From Thermodesulfovibrionales bacterium (lineage in GTDB: Bacteria > Nitrospirota > Thermodesulfovibrionia > Thermodesulfovibrionales > UBA1546): 35,928 bases of DNA. The notes beneath the pieces are model-generated. The model was not told where the DNA came from. It did not search any database and saw only the letters and a program-made list of their open reading frames with translations. Below are positions 1-9,032 of the stretch, one piece after another. The first letter of the stretch is position 1. Every line of letters starts with the position of its first letter. Position numbers and translations under genes: made by a program. Location of the stretch: positions 1 to 35,928 of the forward strand of contig JASEHP010000002.1 in the NCBI GenBank assembly GCA_030018605.1, in the 5' to 3' direction.

Positions 1-384
1 CTTTCTGATCTTCTCCCAGTCTCCTGTCTGTATCAACCAGTTTCTTAAGGTATCTTTGCTTATCTCAATGCCTTCCATTTCTGAAAGCTTCTCACTTGCA
101 AGAGTCGGCCCAAATCCCTTGAGCTTTTCCCTATAAAACTTTATCGCTTTATCTTTTATCTTCTTCGGAAGGTTGCTGTTTGATGGTTTACCCCTGGCCT
201 TATGGATTATGCCAACATCTCCCTCAAGCCTTACTTTCTTGATTAGCCTCCTTACCTGCCGATCGCTCAATGATAGCAAGTCCCCTGCTTCTTTCTGCTT
301 TAATATCCCTTCGATTGCTTTACGGATTACATGCAACCGCCTTAACTCCCTCTGACTCATCTCGATTATGTCCTTCCCTGCCAT
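1..384 (-). CDS. Transposase, N-terminal HTH part only (ORF runs off the left edge); ISNCY-like by recollection
   Basis: Absent from the ORF track because it is open to the window edge. Reverse-strand ATG at 384..382 with AGGAGG about 5 nt upstream. 128 codons with no stop: MAGKDIIEMSQRELRRLHVIRKAIEGILKQKEAGDLLSLSDRQVRRLIKKVRLEGDVGIIHKARGKPSNS...FGPTLASEKL...DTLRNWLIQTG. The HTH plus RGxPSN plus FGPT.A.EKL layout matches what I remember of ISNCY/integrase-core transposase N-termini. Confidence 0.6.
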   Translation of the reverse strand, partial: MAGKDIIEMSQRELRRLHVIRKAIEGILKQKEAGDLLSLSDRQVRRLIKKVRLEGDVGIIHKARGKPSNSNLPKKIKDKAIKFYREKLKGFGPTLASEKLSEMEGIEISKDTLRNWLIQTGDWEKIRK

Positions 385-431
385 CACGCCTCCTTTTTTT
401 AAAAAGAGGCAGTTTAGCATCACACGGAATA

Positions 432-474
432 GGACATTTCTACTTTGGTAAAACCGGACATTTCTATTTTGGTA
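432..474. repeat. Two direct copies of a 19-nt motif (period 24 nt), possibly subterminal transposase-binding repeats of the IS end
   Basis: ggacatttctactttggta at 432..450 and ggacatttctattttggta at 456..474 (18/19 identical). They lie just upstream of the transposase start and before the mazF stop at 520. Confidence 0.45.
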
Positions 475-519
475 TTACAGGTAAAATTCACATCGGATGA
501 AAACAGCACCCCAGCTTTT

Positions 520-858
520 CTAAACTTTCAAGATATTTTCCAGCTTTTGTTTCAAAATCTGCATATCAGCTGGATTCAGACTGCCGATCTTACTTTTTAT
601 CCTCTTTTTATCAATAGCCCTTAGTTGAAACACTAACGCGATAGATGTTGAAGTCAGATTATTGGTAGAATCCGGCTCTACGACAAAAGTAAACGGAAAA
701 TTCGCAGCTCTTATTTGTGTGGTGAAAGGGACAATCAACACAGTAGGAACCTTCTCTATGTTTTCAGCAGTCTGGACTACAATTGCAGGTCTGACGCCTT
801 GCTGTTCATGTCCGCCGGAAGTAGGTATTTCAACGAGATAAATATCTCCAAAAGTCAC
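520..858 (-). CDS. mazF: MazF/PemK family type II toxin (endoribonuclease)
   Basis: 112 aa with GTG start. N-terminus GDIYLVEIP..GHEQQGVRPAIVV is the classic PemK/MazF signature. The start overlaps the upstream antitoxin stop (GTGA). Confidence 0.85.
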   Translation of the reverse strand: MTFGDIYLVEIPTSGGHEQQGVRPAIVVQTAENIEKVPTVLIVPFTTQIRAANFPFTFVVEPDSTNNLTSTSIALVFQLRAIDKKRIKSKIGSLNPADMQILKQKLENILKV

Positions 859-1067
859 GCTAACTTAGCCTCAAAATTACTTAGAGCTTCGTCGCTTAAA
901 GCATCCCACCCGTCAAACTCTTTTTTGAGGTAGAAATCCGCTTCCCTCTGCATAATAATGCTTTTTTTAAAGATGCGTATAATATTGAGAAGATTAAGAA
1001 TCTGTTCATCAGGCAAATTCTGCAACTCCTTGATAATTTCATCTTCATGCTTCATTTGCGTTTGCAT
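855..1067 (-). CDS. Putative antitoxin partner of MazF (family not recognised)
   Basis: 70 aa acidic protein immediately upstream of, and overlapping by 4 nt, the MazF-like toxin gene. This is the canonical antitoxin-toxin order. Confidence 0.6.
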   Translation of the reverse strand: MQTQMKHEDEIIKELQNLPDEQILNLLNIIRIFKKSIIMQREADFYLKKEFDGWDALSDEALSNFEAKLA

Positions 1068-1117
1068 TTCTTCCCCCCTTCACAGAATAATAATATAGGC
1101 TCATTATATCATAAAAT

Positions 1118-3214
1118 CTATTTCTTGCTTGAAATAAACACTCCGTCCCAATCAGGAGGAGGAGGCGTCTGAAGGTATTCGCGGCATCTTTCAGAATAAA
1201 GTTTTGCCACAGGGTCATTGTGTTCACCGGCAAGCCCTGTAAAAATATCAAGCGCATTCTGAAAACCCTTTGCCCTGTAAACTTTCAGGGCTTCGGAAAA
1301 TCCATCTGCAAGCTTGGAATTTCCGTCTGTCATTAACTCAAAAATCGCAACGGGTTTTTCCTTGCCCACAACCCTCATGAGATCTATCTCCCTGAGCAAA
1401 AATTTATCCTTAACCTTTTCAACGGTAAACTCACTCAGGATTATATGTGTGCCGTAATATTTGTTCTGCCCTTCAAGCCTTGAAGCCAGGTTTACCGTGT
1501 CGCCGATCGCCGTATAATCAAACCTCATATCCGCTCCCATATTTCCAACAACAGCATATCCTGTGTTCACCCCTATCCCTATGTCAACAGGAGGAAGCCC
1601 TTTCTGTTTAAAACTGCCGTTTATTCCCTTCAATTTATCAATCATTTCTATTGCTGTCCTGCATGCCTTTTCAGGGTGGTCCGTTACATCCAACGGTGCG
1701 TTATAAATCGCCATCACTGCATCGCCGATATACTTATCCAGAGTCCCGTTATTTTTCAGGACAACTTCTGTCATAGGGCCAAGATATTCATTAAGAAGCG
1801 AGACAAGAACATCAGGCGCAAGCTTTTCCGAGATGCCCGTAAACCCTCTTATGTCTGAAAACAGAACAGTTATCTCTTTCTTTGCGCCTCCGAGCGCGAG
1901 CCTGTCAGGATTCTTTATTATCTCAGCAACAAGCTCAGGCGAAACATAACTTGAAAACGCCTTTTTAAGGTAGCGGTTCTTCCTTTCTACCACAAGGTTT
2001 CTGTATGCCTCAGAGCTTATAAATGCCATTGCTGTTGAGGAAAGCGGATACAAAAGGCTCATATCTATGGAATAGTTTCTGAACAACAAATAATTGAAAA
2101 CAGCATATACGCCGGACACAAATATAAAAGCAACAAGCCCCAGAAAGCTGTTTCTCAATACGCCGAGCATCAATGTAAGGATTACAGGGAATAACGCCAA
2201 ACATAAAATCTCAATCGCAATTATCCTTCCATCTCTTAATATGAATCTGCCCTGAAGAGCATTGGACGCTACAGTTGCATGTATCTCAACTCCCGGGAAA
2301 GCTGACTCAACAGGGGTTGCCCTCATGTCATAGATGCCAACCTCTGTCGCGCCGACAAACACAATCTTGTCTTTCAGTTCTTCGTTTTTTAATCTCTTTT
2401 TAATAACATCAACCGCTGACAGCGTGGCAATAGTCCCGCCCTTGCCGTAGTAATTCACAGTAAGCCTTCCGCTTTCATCAGAGGGGATAGACATATCTCC
2501 AAGCCTTAGAGATGAAACACCGAAAGGCTCCACTTCAAGCATAATCTCCTTGCCTGTGTAATGCCGCAATGCCTTTAACGCAAGCGAGGGATAAATTTCT
2601 CCGTTATAAAGCATAAGAAGAGTTGATTTTCTTACAGGGCCGTCAGCGTCCGGGTCTGTATTGAAAAAGCCGAAATCCAGAGCGCCGCGTCCAAGCAAGG
2701 AGATATTTGTCTCCACAAAAGGACGGTGATATACAGGAACCGACACCACACCTTCTGCAATCTTCAGAAGTTTTATCTTTGACAACTCTATCTGGGATAT
2801 AGCCTTTGGGTCTGCGTCTTCTTTTTCATCCCTGAAAAAATAACCGAGGATTACACTGCTGTTTTTTTCTATGGCTCTGGAAAGCGCTGTATCTTCTTTG
2901 CTGTTCGAAGGTTCGGAGAAAACAATGTCCAGCGCTGTTACCTTTACTCCGTATTCTTTTAAGCTATTCAGAAGTCCGGCAAATACAGACCTTTTCCACG
3001 GCCACCTGCCGAGTTCATTGACGCTCTTTGAATCTATTGCAACTATCACAACCCTGTTGTCAGGCTGCACATTCTTCCGGATTTTAAATCTTGCATCTTT
3101 GAGTTTCAGGTCAACCGCATCAAGGAAATGAAAATTCTGCCTGTAAATGAAAAAGGTTACAACTGAAGCAAGAAGACCAATTACAATAAAGGTCAGCAGT
3201 TTGGAGTATTTCAT
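1118..3214 (-). CDS. CHASE2 sensor domain-containing class III adenylate/guanylate cyclase
   Basis: 698 aa. N-terminal TM helix, a large extracytoplasmic domain, then a TM cluster (CHASE2 layout). C-terminal cyclase core has the metal-binding motifs VLFSDIRGFT and KYIGDAVMA, plus GDTVNLASRLE. Confidence 0.85.
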   Translation of the reverse strand: MKYSKLLTFIVIGLLASVVTFFIYRQNFHFLDAVDLKLKDARFKIRKNVQPDNRVVIVAIDSKSVNELGRWPWKRSVFAGLLNSLKEYGVKVTALDIVFSEPSNSKEDTALSRAIEKNSSVILGYFFRDEKEDADPKAISQIELSKIKLLKIAEGVVSVPVYHRPFVETNISLLGRGALDFGFFNTDPDADGPVRKSTLLMLYNGEIYPSLALKALRHYTGKEIMLEVEPFGVSSLRLGDMSIPSDESGRLTVNYYGKGGTIATLSAVDVIKKRLKNEELKDKIVFVGATEVGIYDMRATPVESAFPGVEIHATVASNALQGRFILRDGRIIAIEILCLALFPVILTLMLGVLRNSFLGLVAFIFVSGVYAVFNYLLFRNYSIDMSLLYPLSSTAMAFISSEAYRNLVVERKNRYLKKAFSSYVSPELVAEIIKNPDRLALGGAKKEITVLFSDIRGFTGISEKLAPDVLVSLLNEYLGPMTEVVLKNNGTLDKYIGDAVMAIYNAPLDVTDHPEKACRTAIEMIDKLKGINGSFKQKGLPPVDIGIGVNTGYAVVGNMGADMRFDYTAIGDTVNLASRLEGQNKYYGTHIILSEFTVEKVKDKFLLREIDLMRVVGKEKPVAIFELMTDGNSKLADGFSEALKVYRAKGFQNALDIFTGLAGEHNDPVAKLYSERCREYLQTPPPPDWDGVFISSKK

Positions 3215-3278
3215 AATTGCCCCTTTTCTACGGGTCTACGACAAGCCAGTTTCCTCCTGCTTTGGCGGGATTACCGCA

Positions 3279-4325
3279 TTAATCTTTCATTCTCTGGAGA
3301 TAAGTCTCTACATTGCCTATGTGTTTGCCGTTAGGGAATTCGCTTTTATACTGAAGCAGCCTTTCCTTTGCCCTTTTTGCAAATCCCATTTCATCAAGAA
3401 GTATGCCTGTAAGATAGAGCGCTGTTTCACGCTGCGGGCTTATCGGGTATTCCTCAAGGATAAGCAGATATTCTGCAAGCGCAGCTTCCTGATTTCTCAG
3501 AAATCTCGAATAAACAGCTCCCCTTTCAAGCCTTGCATCGCCTCTGATTTCGAGTTTATCAGTAAGGTCAAGCGCTATCTGAAAAATATAAAGCGCCTCA
3601 TCATATCTTCCGGCATCAGCCAGATAATGAGCATAATTTATATTCCACCTTGCGATTATATGAGGAAGGTTGCCTGATATTTCCCACTCTTGCGGAGGCT
3701 TTGCAGCGGTAATCTCTTCAAAATCTTTCTTTGCCGTGTATAATGGTGTGTCCTGTTCAATCTTAACAGGGTCAGTCGGGTTGATTCCCCTTGTGTTCTG
3801 AACCATAGTGTCTGAAGAAAGCGGCTTGGATAATTCCGTATTGCCCGAAATCTCAGCGGTTCCTTCATTTCCGAAAAGGACATTTGCATAACCCTGTGTC
3901 ATCATCATAAATTCAGTCCCTTTGATGCCGGCAACTGCTGTGGGGCTTTTCACCTTGAAATTTGTCTGCTGTCCTGCAAGCCTTGTAACAGTAGCCCTGA
4001 GTTTGCCCTGAGTTAATTTAAAAACACCTTCCTTTTTATCAGTTGAAACCACAAATTTATCTATCTCAAGTTCTGTGTTATTGGCGAGGGTAAAAGCGCT
4101 GCCATCGGACAGAGACAGTTTTGCCCATCCATCCTTGCCCGTCTTTATCCAGCATCCTGCTTCAAAATCCATGCCTTCCTTGGCTTTTTTATAAGGCACG
4201 TTGGCTTTGTCTCTCCAAGATACTTCACCGCTGAACTTTGCAATTTTCCCGGCAGCAGCATACACAGTGGAAACGAACATAAAGAGACACACATTGACCA
4301 GAATAATTAAAAATATCTTTTTCAT
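3279..4325 (-). CDS. FecR-domain periplasmic protein with C-terminal TPR-like region
   Basis: 348 aa with a signal peptide (MKKIFLIILVNVCLFMFVSTVYA). FecR-like beta region (GKIAKFSGEVSW...GSAFTLANNTELEI...GIKGTEF). FecR-domain genes commonly sit upstream of CHASE2 cyclases. GGGGAGG SD before the ATG. Confidence 0.75.
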   Translation of the reverse strand: MKKIFLIILVNVCLFMFVSTVYAAAGKIAKFSGEVSWRDKANVPYKKAKEGMDFEAGCWIKTGKDGWAKLSLSDGSAFTLANNTELEIDKFVVSTDKKEGVFKLTQGKLRATVTRLAGQQTNFKVKSPTAVAGIKGTEFMMMTQGYANVLFGNEGTAEISGNTELSKPLSSDTMVQNTRGINPTDPVKIEQDTPLYTAKKDFEEITAAKPPQEWEISGNLPHIIARWNINYAHYLADAGRYDEALYIFQIALDLTDKLEIRGDARLERGAVYSRFLRNQEAALAEYLLILEEYPISPQRETALYLTGILLDEMGFAKRAKERLLQYKSEFPNGKHIGNVETYLQRMKD

Positions 4326-4412
4326 AACCGCCTCCCCAAATCAGGTTTTCAGCCTGTTACCTTTTTTTTCAGGGCTTCCCCACACAAGCATGGCGTTACC
4401 CTTCAGATAAAA

Positions 4413-4441
4413 TTAATATCAAATGCTGCCTTTACTGTCAA
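4413..4441 (-). promoter_or_regulatory. Candidate sigma-70 promoter for the fecR-like/CHASE2 cyclase operon
   Basis: On the reverse strand: TTGACA (4441..4436), 17-nt spacer, TATTAA (4418..4413), about 90 nt upstream of the FecR-like ATG. Confidence 0.45.
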
Positions 4442-4503
4442 GGTAAAAATACCATGCCTGCACTCAAACCGCTTCTCAATATGCCCTGATGATATTTTTC
4501 CCC

Positions 4504-5574
4504 TTAACTATTAACTACGGAAAGAAGGTTCAGTTCTTCATAGATTTCTTCGGGCGTCATTATTGCGCCGCCCGTTCTTCCGTAAAAAAGAACTTCCGAT
4601 TTGCCGTTAACGGCAAGCCTTACATCCTCAACCATCTGGCCTGCATTAAGTTCAATCGTGATAAACCTCCTCTTGGGATTTGCAAGAGCTGCAAGTTCCT
4701 TTTCAGGGAAAGGGAAAAGACTGATGGGACGGAAAAATCCTAATCTGGAGCCTTCACTCCGCAACTTCTTGACAGCAGAAAATGCTATACGAGCCGCAGT
4801 TCCGAATGCAACAACTATTGTCTCGGCGTCTTCTGTGCCAAACATCTCAAATCTTACCTCATCTTCTTTCATCTTCCTGTATTTTTCCTGAAGAATGCTG
4901 TTTCTAACTTCAAGTTCGCCCTCGCCCATATAGAGAGATTTGACCACATTCGGGCCTCTCCCTCCGCACCCTGTCAGCGCCCATGTCTTCTCCGGAAGGT
5001 CGGGCTTTATATAAGGCGTCTGATAAAAAGGCTCCATCATCTGGCCCAGTATCCCATCGCCGAGAATCATTACAGGATTCCTGTATTCATCCGCCTTATC
5101 AAAGGCAAGCATGGTTAAATCCCAGAGTTCCTGAAGATTATACGGAGCATATACAAGAAGTTTATAATCACCGTGCCCGCCGCCTTTTACTGTCTGAAAA
5201 TAATCCGCCTGGCTGCCTGATATGTTTCCAAGTCCGGGCCCTCCCCTCTGCATATTCACGAGTACAGCGGGAAGCTCTGCTCCGCACAGATAGGAAACCG
5301 TCTCCTGCATCAGGCTTATGCCGGGGCTGCTTGACGATGTCATAGCCCGCGCGCCCGCAGCAGAGGCGCCATACACCATATTTATTGCGGCTAATTCGCT
5401 TTCAGCCTGAATAAAGACGCCTCCCGCATCTTCCATGCGCCAAGACATATATTCAGGAATTTCATTTTGCGGGGTTATAGGATAGCCTGCATAAAAACGG
5501 CAGCCTGCCTGAATCGCTGCCTCTGCAATGACCTCATTACCCTTCATGAAAATCTTTTTAGCCATCGGAAACAT
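4504..5574 (-). CDS. 2-oxoacid:ferredoxin oxidoreductase alpha subunit (KorA/VorB-like), no beta subunit adjacent
   Basis: 356 aa. GNEVIAEAAIQAGCRFYAGYPITPQNEI...FIQAESELAAINMVYGASAAGARAMTSSSSPG is the typical OFOR alpha N-terminal domain. Start could be M1 (5574) or M4 (5565). No clear SD. Confidence 0.8.
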   Translation of the reverse strand: MFPMAKKIFMKGNEVIAEAAIQAGCRFYAGYPITPQNEIPEYMSWRMEDAGGVFIQAESELAAINMVYGASAAGARAMTSSSSPGISLMQETVSYLCGAELPAVLVNMQRGGPGLGNISGSQADYFQTVKGGGHGDYKLLVYAPYNLQELWDLTMLAFDKADEYRNPVMILGDGILGQMMEPFYQTPYIKPDLPEKTWALTGCGGRGPNVVKSLYMGEGELEVRNSILQEKYRKMKEDEVRFEMFGTEDAETIVVAFGTAARIAFSAVKKLRSEGSRLGFFRPISLFPFPEKELAALANPKRRFITIELNAGQMVEDVRLAVNGKSEVLFYGRTGGAIMTPEEIYEELNLLSVVNS

Positions 5575-5584
5575 TATATCACAT

Positions 5585-5614
5585 TTGACAAAACGCCAAC
5601 CCTTACATTATGAT
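5585..5614 (+). promoter_or_regulatory. Candidate sigma-70 promoter for glyQ
   Basis: TTGACA at 5585..5590 and TATGAT at 5609..5614 (18-nt spacer). GAGGAG SD precedes the glyQ ATG at 5641. Confidence 0.4.
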
Positions 5615-5640
5615 TTTTTCACAATACCGAGGAGATATTA

Positions 5641-6516
5641 ATGTATTTTCAGGAACTGATTTTAAAGCTTCATGAATTCTGGTCAAAGCAGGGCTGCGTC
5701 CTGCTCCAGCCTTATGATATTGAGGTCGGCGCAGGGACATTCCATCCCGCAACCTTTTTTAAAGTCCTCGGGCCCGAGCCGTGGAAAACGGCTTATGTCG
5801 AACCTTCAAGGAGGCCTACAGACGGCAGATACGGCGAGAACCCGAACAGGCTTCAGCATTATTACCAGTATCAGGTAATCCTTAAGCCCTCGCCGAATGA
5901 AAGTCAGGAAATTTATCTTGAAAGCCTCACATATCTCGGCATAGAACCTCAAAAACATGACATAAGGTTTGTGGAAGATGACTGGGAATCCCCGACACTC
6001 GGCGCATGGGGGCTTGGGTGGGAAGTCTGGCTTGACGGAATGGAAATAACACAGTTCACGTATTTTCAGCAGGTAGGAAGCATTGACCTGAAGCCTGTGT
6101 CCCTTGAGATAACATACGGGCTTGAAAGAATTGCCATGTACCTTCAGAATGCAGACAATGTATTCAACCTTGAGTGGTCCAAGGGCATTAAATACGGCGA
6201 CATTCACCATATTGATGAAGTGGAATTTTCAAAATATAATTTTGATTACGCAGACACAGAACTTCTGATAAAGCAATTTGAAGCCTATGAAAAAGAATCC
6301 ATAAGACTGAATGAACTCGGACTCGTCCTGCCGTCATATGAGTTCTGCCTTAAGTGTTCGCATACGTTCAACCTTCTTGACGCAAGGGGAGCTATCTCGG
6401 TAACAGAGAGGACAGGCTACATTGCACGAGTGAGGAACCTTGCGAGGCTGTGCGCACATGCGTATATGAAACAGAGAGAAGAGATGGGATTTCCGCTGCT
6501 GAAGACTTCAATTTGA
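5641..6516 (+). CDS. glyQ: Glycine--tRNA ligase alpha subunit
   Basis: 291 aa. [36 protein letters not shown]...[23 protein letters not shown] is highly conserved GlyQ sequence. Confidence 0.97.
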   Translation: MYFQELILKLHEFWSKQGCVLLQPYDIEVGAGTFHPATFFKVLGPEPWKTAYVEPSRRPTDGRYGENPNRLQHYYQYQVILKPSPNESQEIYLESLTYLGIEPQKHDIRFVEDDWESPTLGAWGLGWEVWLDGMEITQFTYFQQVGSIDLKPVSLEITYGLERIAMYLQNADNVFNLEWSKGIKYGDIHHIDEVEFSKYNFDYADTELLIKQFEAYEKESIRLNELGLVLPSYEFCLKCSHTFNLLDARGAISVTERTGYIARVRNLARLCAHAYMKQREEMGFPLLKTSI

Positions 6517-6542
6517 GACCCCTGAAAAAGTCTTTTTTGGAT

Positions 6543-6582
6543 GTCATTGCGAGGAGGTCGTTACGACCGACGTGGCAATCTC
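6543..6582. repeat. Partial copy of the 'gtcattgcgag...ggcaatct' small repeat element (left flank of island)
   Basis: gtcattgcgaggaggtcgttacgaccgacgtggcaatctc. It shares the 11-nt gtcattgcgag end and ggcaatct with the element at 11060..11131. Contains an internal hairpin, ggtcg-tta-cgacc. Confidence 0.6.
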
Positions 6583-6669
6583 TAACGTATTGATTCAGAG
6601 AAGTGAACAGAATTCTCTTGCTAATGTGGCGTTAAGACAAAAAAGGCAATTGAACAACTTGCGCTGATA

Positions 6670-7776
6670 ATGGTAAGTTATAGCATGGCAATTTATAAAG
6701 GTAAGAATGGCAAGGCAATTAGATATATTGATTTATTCTGTGGCATTGGCGGTTTTCGCGTTGCTGCTGAACAATTAGGCAGTGACTTGGGCGCGCCGGT
6801 CAAGTGCGTTTTTTCAAGCGATATTGACGAGGATTGCAAGCAGGCTTATGCAGCGAATTTCGGTGAAGAGCCAGCGGGCGATATTACAGCGATTAAATCA
6901 GAGGACATACCTGACCATGATATACTCTTTGCCGGTTTCCCATGTCAGCCGTTCAGCATAATCGGCCATAGGAAAGGGTTTGAGGACACGCGCGGCACCC
7001 TTTTCTTTGAGATTGCCCGCATACTTGAAGCAAAAAAACCAAAGGCATTTGTGTTGGAAAACGTAAAATTATTAGCGGGTCATAACAACGGTAAGACACT
7101 TAAACGTATCATGACAGCTTTGAGAGAATTAGGCTATCATGCCGACTTCCGCATCTTCAATGCGCTGGATTTTGGCCTGCCTCAAAAAAGAGAACGCATA
7201 TTTATTGTCGGGTTCAAGAAAGCCTGTTCATTTGATTGGCCGAAAGGCGGCGTGCCAATGACTCCGCTAAAGGCTGTTTTAGAGGCAAACGCGCCTGAAC
7301 ACTACTATGCTTCCCAATACATAAGAAAGAATCGGCTCAAAAAACAAAAGCCCACAAAAGAACCTACGATATGGCACGAAAATAAAGCAGGACATATCAG
7401 CGCATATCCTTTTTCTTGCGCGTTACGCGCTGGAGCTTCATATAATTATTTATTGGTCAACGGAGAAAGGCGCCTTACTATGCGCGAGATGTTGCGGTTA
7501 CAAGGATTTCCAGACAGTTATCAAATTGTCTGCAACTATAGTCAAACCCGGAAACAAGCTGGCAACAGTCTTCCTGTTCCTGTAGCCAAAGCAGTCCTCA
7601 AAAATTTGTTTATTGCTCAGGGATGGCATAACGGCTATGTCGAATATGATGTCAATAATCTTCAGTATCAAATGGTTGATGGGCAGATGAGAATTTTTGA
7701 AAAAGGGAAAAAATATGGCAGAAGGGCCAAGACTAAGAACAGTAGAGAAATACAAGCCGCCGTATCCGCTAAATAA
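6670..7776 (+). CDS. DNA (cytosine-5)-methyltransferase
   Basis: 368 aa. Motif I DLFCGIGGF, motif IV FAGFPCQPFS, motif VI ENV, motif VIII QKRERIFIVGF, motif IX LTMREMLRLQGFPDSY, motif X GNSLPVPV. Start may instead be the ATG at 6685 (MAIYKG). The roughly 50-aa tail after motif X overlaps the next gene. Confidence 0.92.
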   Translation: MVSYSMAIYKGKNGKAIRYIDLFCGIGGFRVAAEQLGSDLGAPVKCVFSSDIDEDCKQAYAANFGEEPAGDITAIKSEDIPDHDILFAGFPCQPFSIIGHRKGFEDTRGTLFFEIARILEAKKPKAFVLENVKLLAGHNNGKTLKRIMTALRELGYHADFRIFNALDFGLPQKRERIFIVGFKKACSFDWPKGGVPMTPLKAVLEANAPEHYYASQYIRKNRLKKQKPTKEPTIWHENKAGHISAYPFSCALRAGASYNYLLVNGERRLTMREMLRLQGFPDSYQIVCNYSQTRKQAGNSLPVPVAKAVLKNLFIAQGWHNGYVEYDVNNLQYQMVDGQMRIFEKGKKYGRRAKTKNSREIQAAVSAK

Positions 7777-8452
7777 ATTTCCCAAAGACTTCGCTCTTAA
7801 TTTGGGGCGCGAGCTTGTCTATTTGCTTGCGTCGCGCGGTACGGCGCGACTTGAAGGCGCGGATTGGGAAGAAATCTTTGCGCGGCTTGTCGGCGCGAAA
7901 TGGAAACCCTCAAATGTTGGTTTAGATGACATTGTCCTTCAACAAACAGCGTGGGGAGCAAAAACAGTCAAAAATAAAAGACCATCAAGTGTTTCAAAAG
8001 TCCGCTTGATTTCCGGGAGAAATTCCCCAATTTATTCTTTTGGCGACCGAGAAATCAGTGATGCAGACCCAAGCGAGCTTGGAGAGAAAATTCTCTCTAT
8101 TTGGAACGAACGTGTATCAAGCATTCGCAAACTCTACAAACATGTCAGAACAGTTGTTCTCATTAAATCCGATGACTTGCTCGAAGCCGCTGTATTTGAA
8201 TTTGAGACGATTCTTTATAGAGGCGATAATTATTGGTGGCAATGGAACGAGAGAAACAATTTAGAGGGCTTTAAGAAAGACAGCAATCAACACATCTTCA
8301 CTTGGCAGCCTCATGGCTCTCAGTTTACCATAGTAGAAGATGTTCCTGACGATAGACTTGCGATAAGAATCAAACAACCTCCAATAGTAGACCGGAACGA
8401 AATCCTCAAGGCTATAAAGTTTGATGAGTCTTGGATAGAAATCATCAAGTGA
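7715..8452 (+). CDS. Putative type II restriction endonuclease (family not recognised)
   Basis: 245 aa from the ATG at 7715 (AAAGGGA SD-like 6 nt upstream). The track start at 7697 is TTG. Sandwiched between an m5C methyltransferase and vsr, same strand. Possible PD-(D/E)xK-like segment GLDDIV...WGAKTVK. No family match that I can name. Confidence 0.5.
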   Translation: MAEGPRLRTVEKYKPPYPLNKFPKDFALNLGRELVYLLASRGTARLEGADWEEIFARLVGAKWKPSNVGLDDIVLQQTAWGAKTVKNKRPSSVSKVRLISGRNSPIYSFGDREISDADPSELGEKILSIWNERVSSIRKLYKHVRTVVLIKSDDLLEAAVFEFETILYRGDNYWWQWNERNNLEGFKKDSNQHIFTWQPHGSQFTIVEDVPDDRLAIRIKQPPIVDRNEILKAIKFDESWIEIIK

Positions 8453-8455
8453 ACT

Positions 8456-8884
8456 GTGGATACTTTTTCAAAGACGGAACGCTCAAGAATTATGGCGAGC
8501 GTAAAGTCCAGAGACGCAAAATCCACAGAGCTTAATTTTGTTTCACTCCTCAAAGAAAAGGGCATTGCCGGATGGCGGCGCAATTATCCCTTGACTGGTA
8601 AGCCTGACTTTGTTTTCTCAAAATTCAAGATAGCAGTATTCATTGACGGCTGTTTTTGGCACGGCTGCCCCCGCCATTGCCGTATGCCTTCATCAAATGT
8701 AAATTACTGGAACAATAAAATTGAGAAGAATAAAATTAGAGACAAGCAAATAACAAAGGCACTGAAAATGAAAGGCTGGCAGGTAATCAGAATTTGGGAA
8801 CATGAAATTAAGACAGGAAAACTCAATCGAAAATTGAGACAAATAAAGATTGCACAACAAAACATTCCAGGGGACGGGGAATAG
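8456..8884 (+). CDS. vsr: Very short patch repair endonuclease (Vsr)
   Basis: 142 aa with GTG start. KTERSRIMASVKSRDAKSTE...GKPDFVF...AVFIDGCFWHGC...NYWNNKIEKNKIRD...GWQVIRIWEHE matches the Vsr signature, including the catalytic PDF-Asp and Zn ligands. Confidence 0.9.
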   Translation: MDTFSKTERSRIMASVKSRDAKSTELNFVSLLKEKGIAGWRRNYPLTGKPDFVFSKFKIAVFIDGCFWHGCPRHCRMPSSNVNYWNNKIEKNKIRDKQITKALKMKGWQVIRIWEHEIKTGKLNRKLRQIKIAQQNIPGDGE

Positions 8885-9032
8885 CCTTGTTTAATTTTTC
8901 AATTGTAAATTCCCCGCCGCTGAATTTGGGTGTTAGACGATGAGTGAGACCGCGCAGTACGCTTCCCTCGTGTTCCCTCACATTTTCCCTTACTTAATCT
9001 AAAACCTTTAAGCGACCCCGCACATATACGTC

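Noticed and set aside
173-500. Two plus-strand ORFs (60 and 76 aa)
   Set aside because: Antisense to the edge-truncated transposase ORF, which has a strong SD and recognisable HTH sequence.
3147-3677. 176-aa plus-strand ORF spanning the cyclase start and FecR-like end
   Set aside because: Antisense to two supported genes. Lys/Ile/Phe-rich composition reflects the reverse complement of an AT-rich coding strand.
5575-5640. T-box or other leader upstream of glyQ
   Set aside because: Only 66 nt are available between the divergent starts, too short for a T-box. It contains just a promoter-like element and an SD.
8875-8916. Hairpin CGGGGAAT/ATTCCCCG as the vsr terminator
   Set aside because: 8-bp stem but a 26-nt loop and no downstream T-run. 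More likely another copy of the GGGAAT-arm repeat family (noted in findings) than a terminator.
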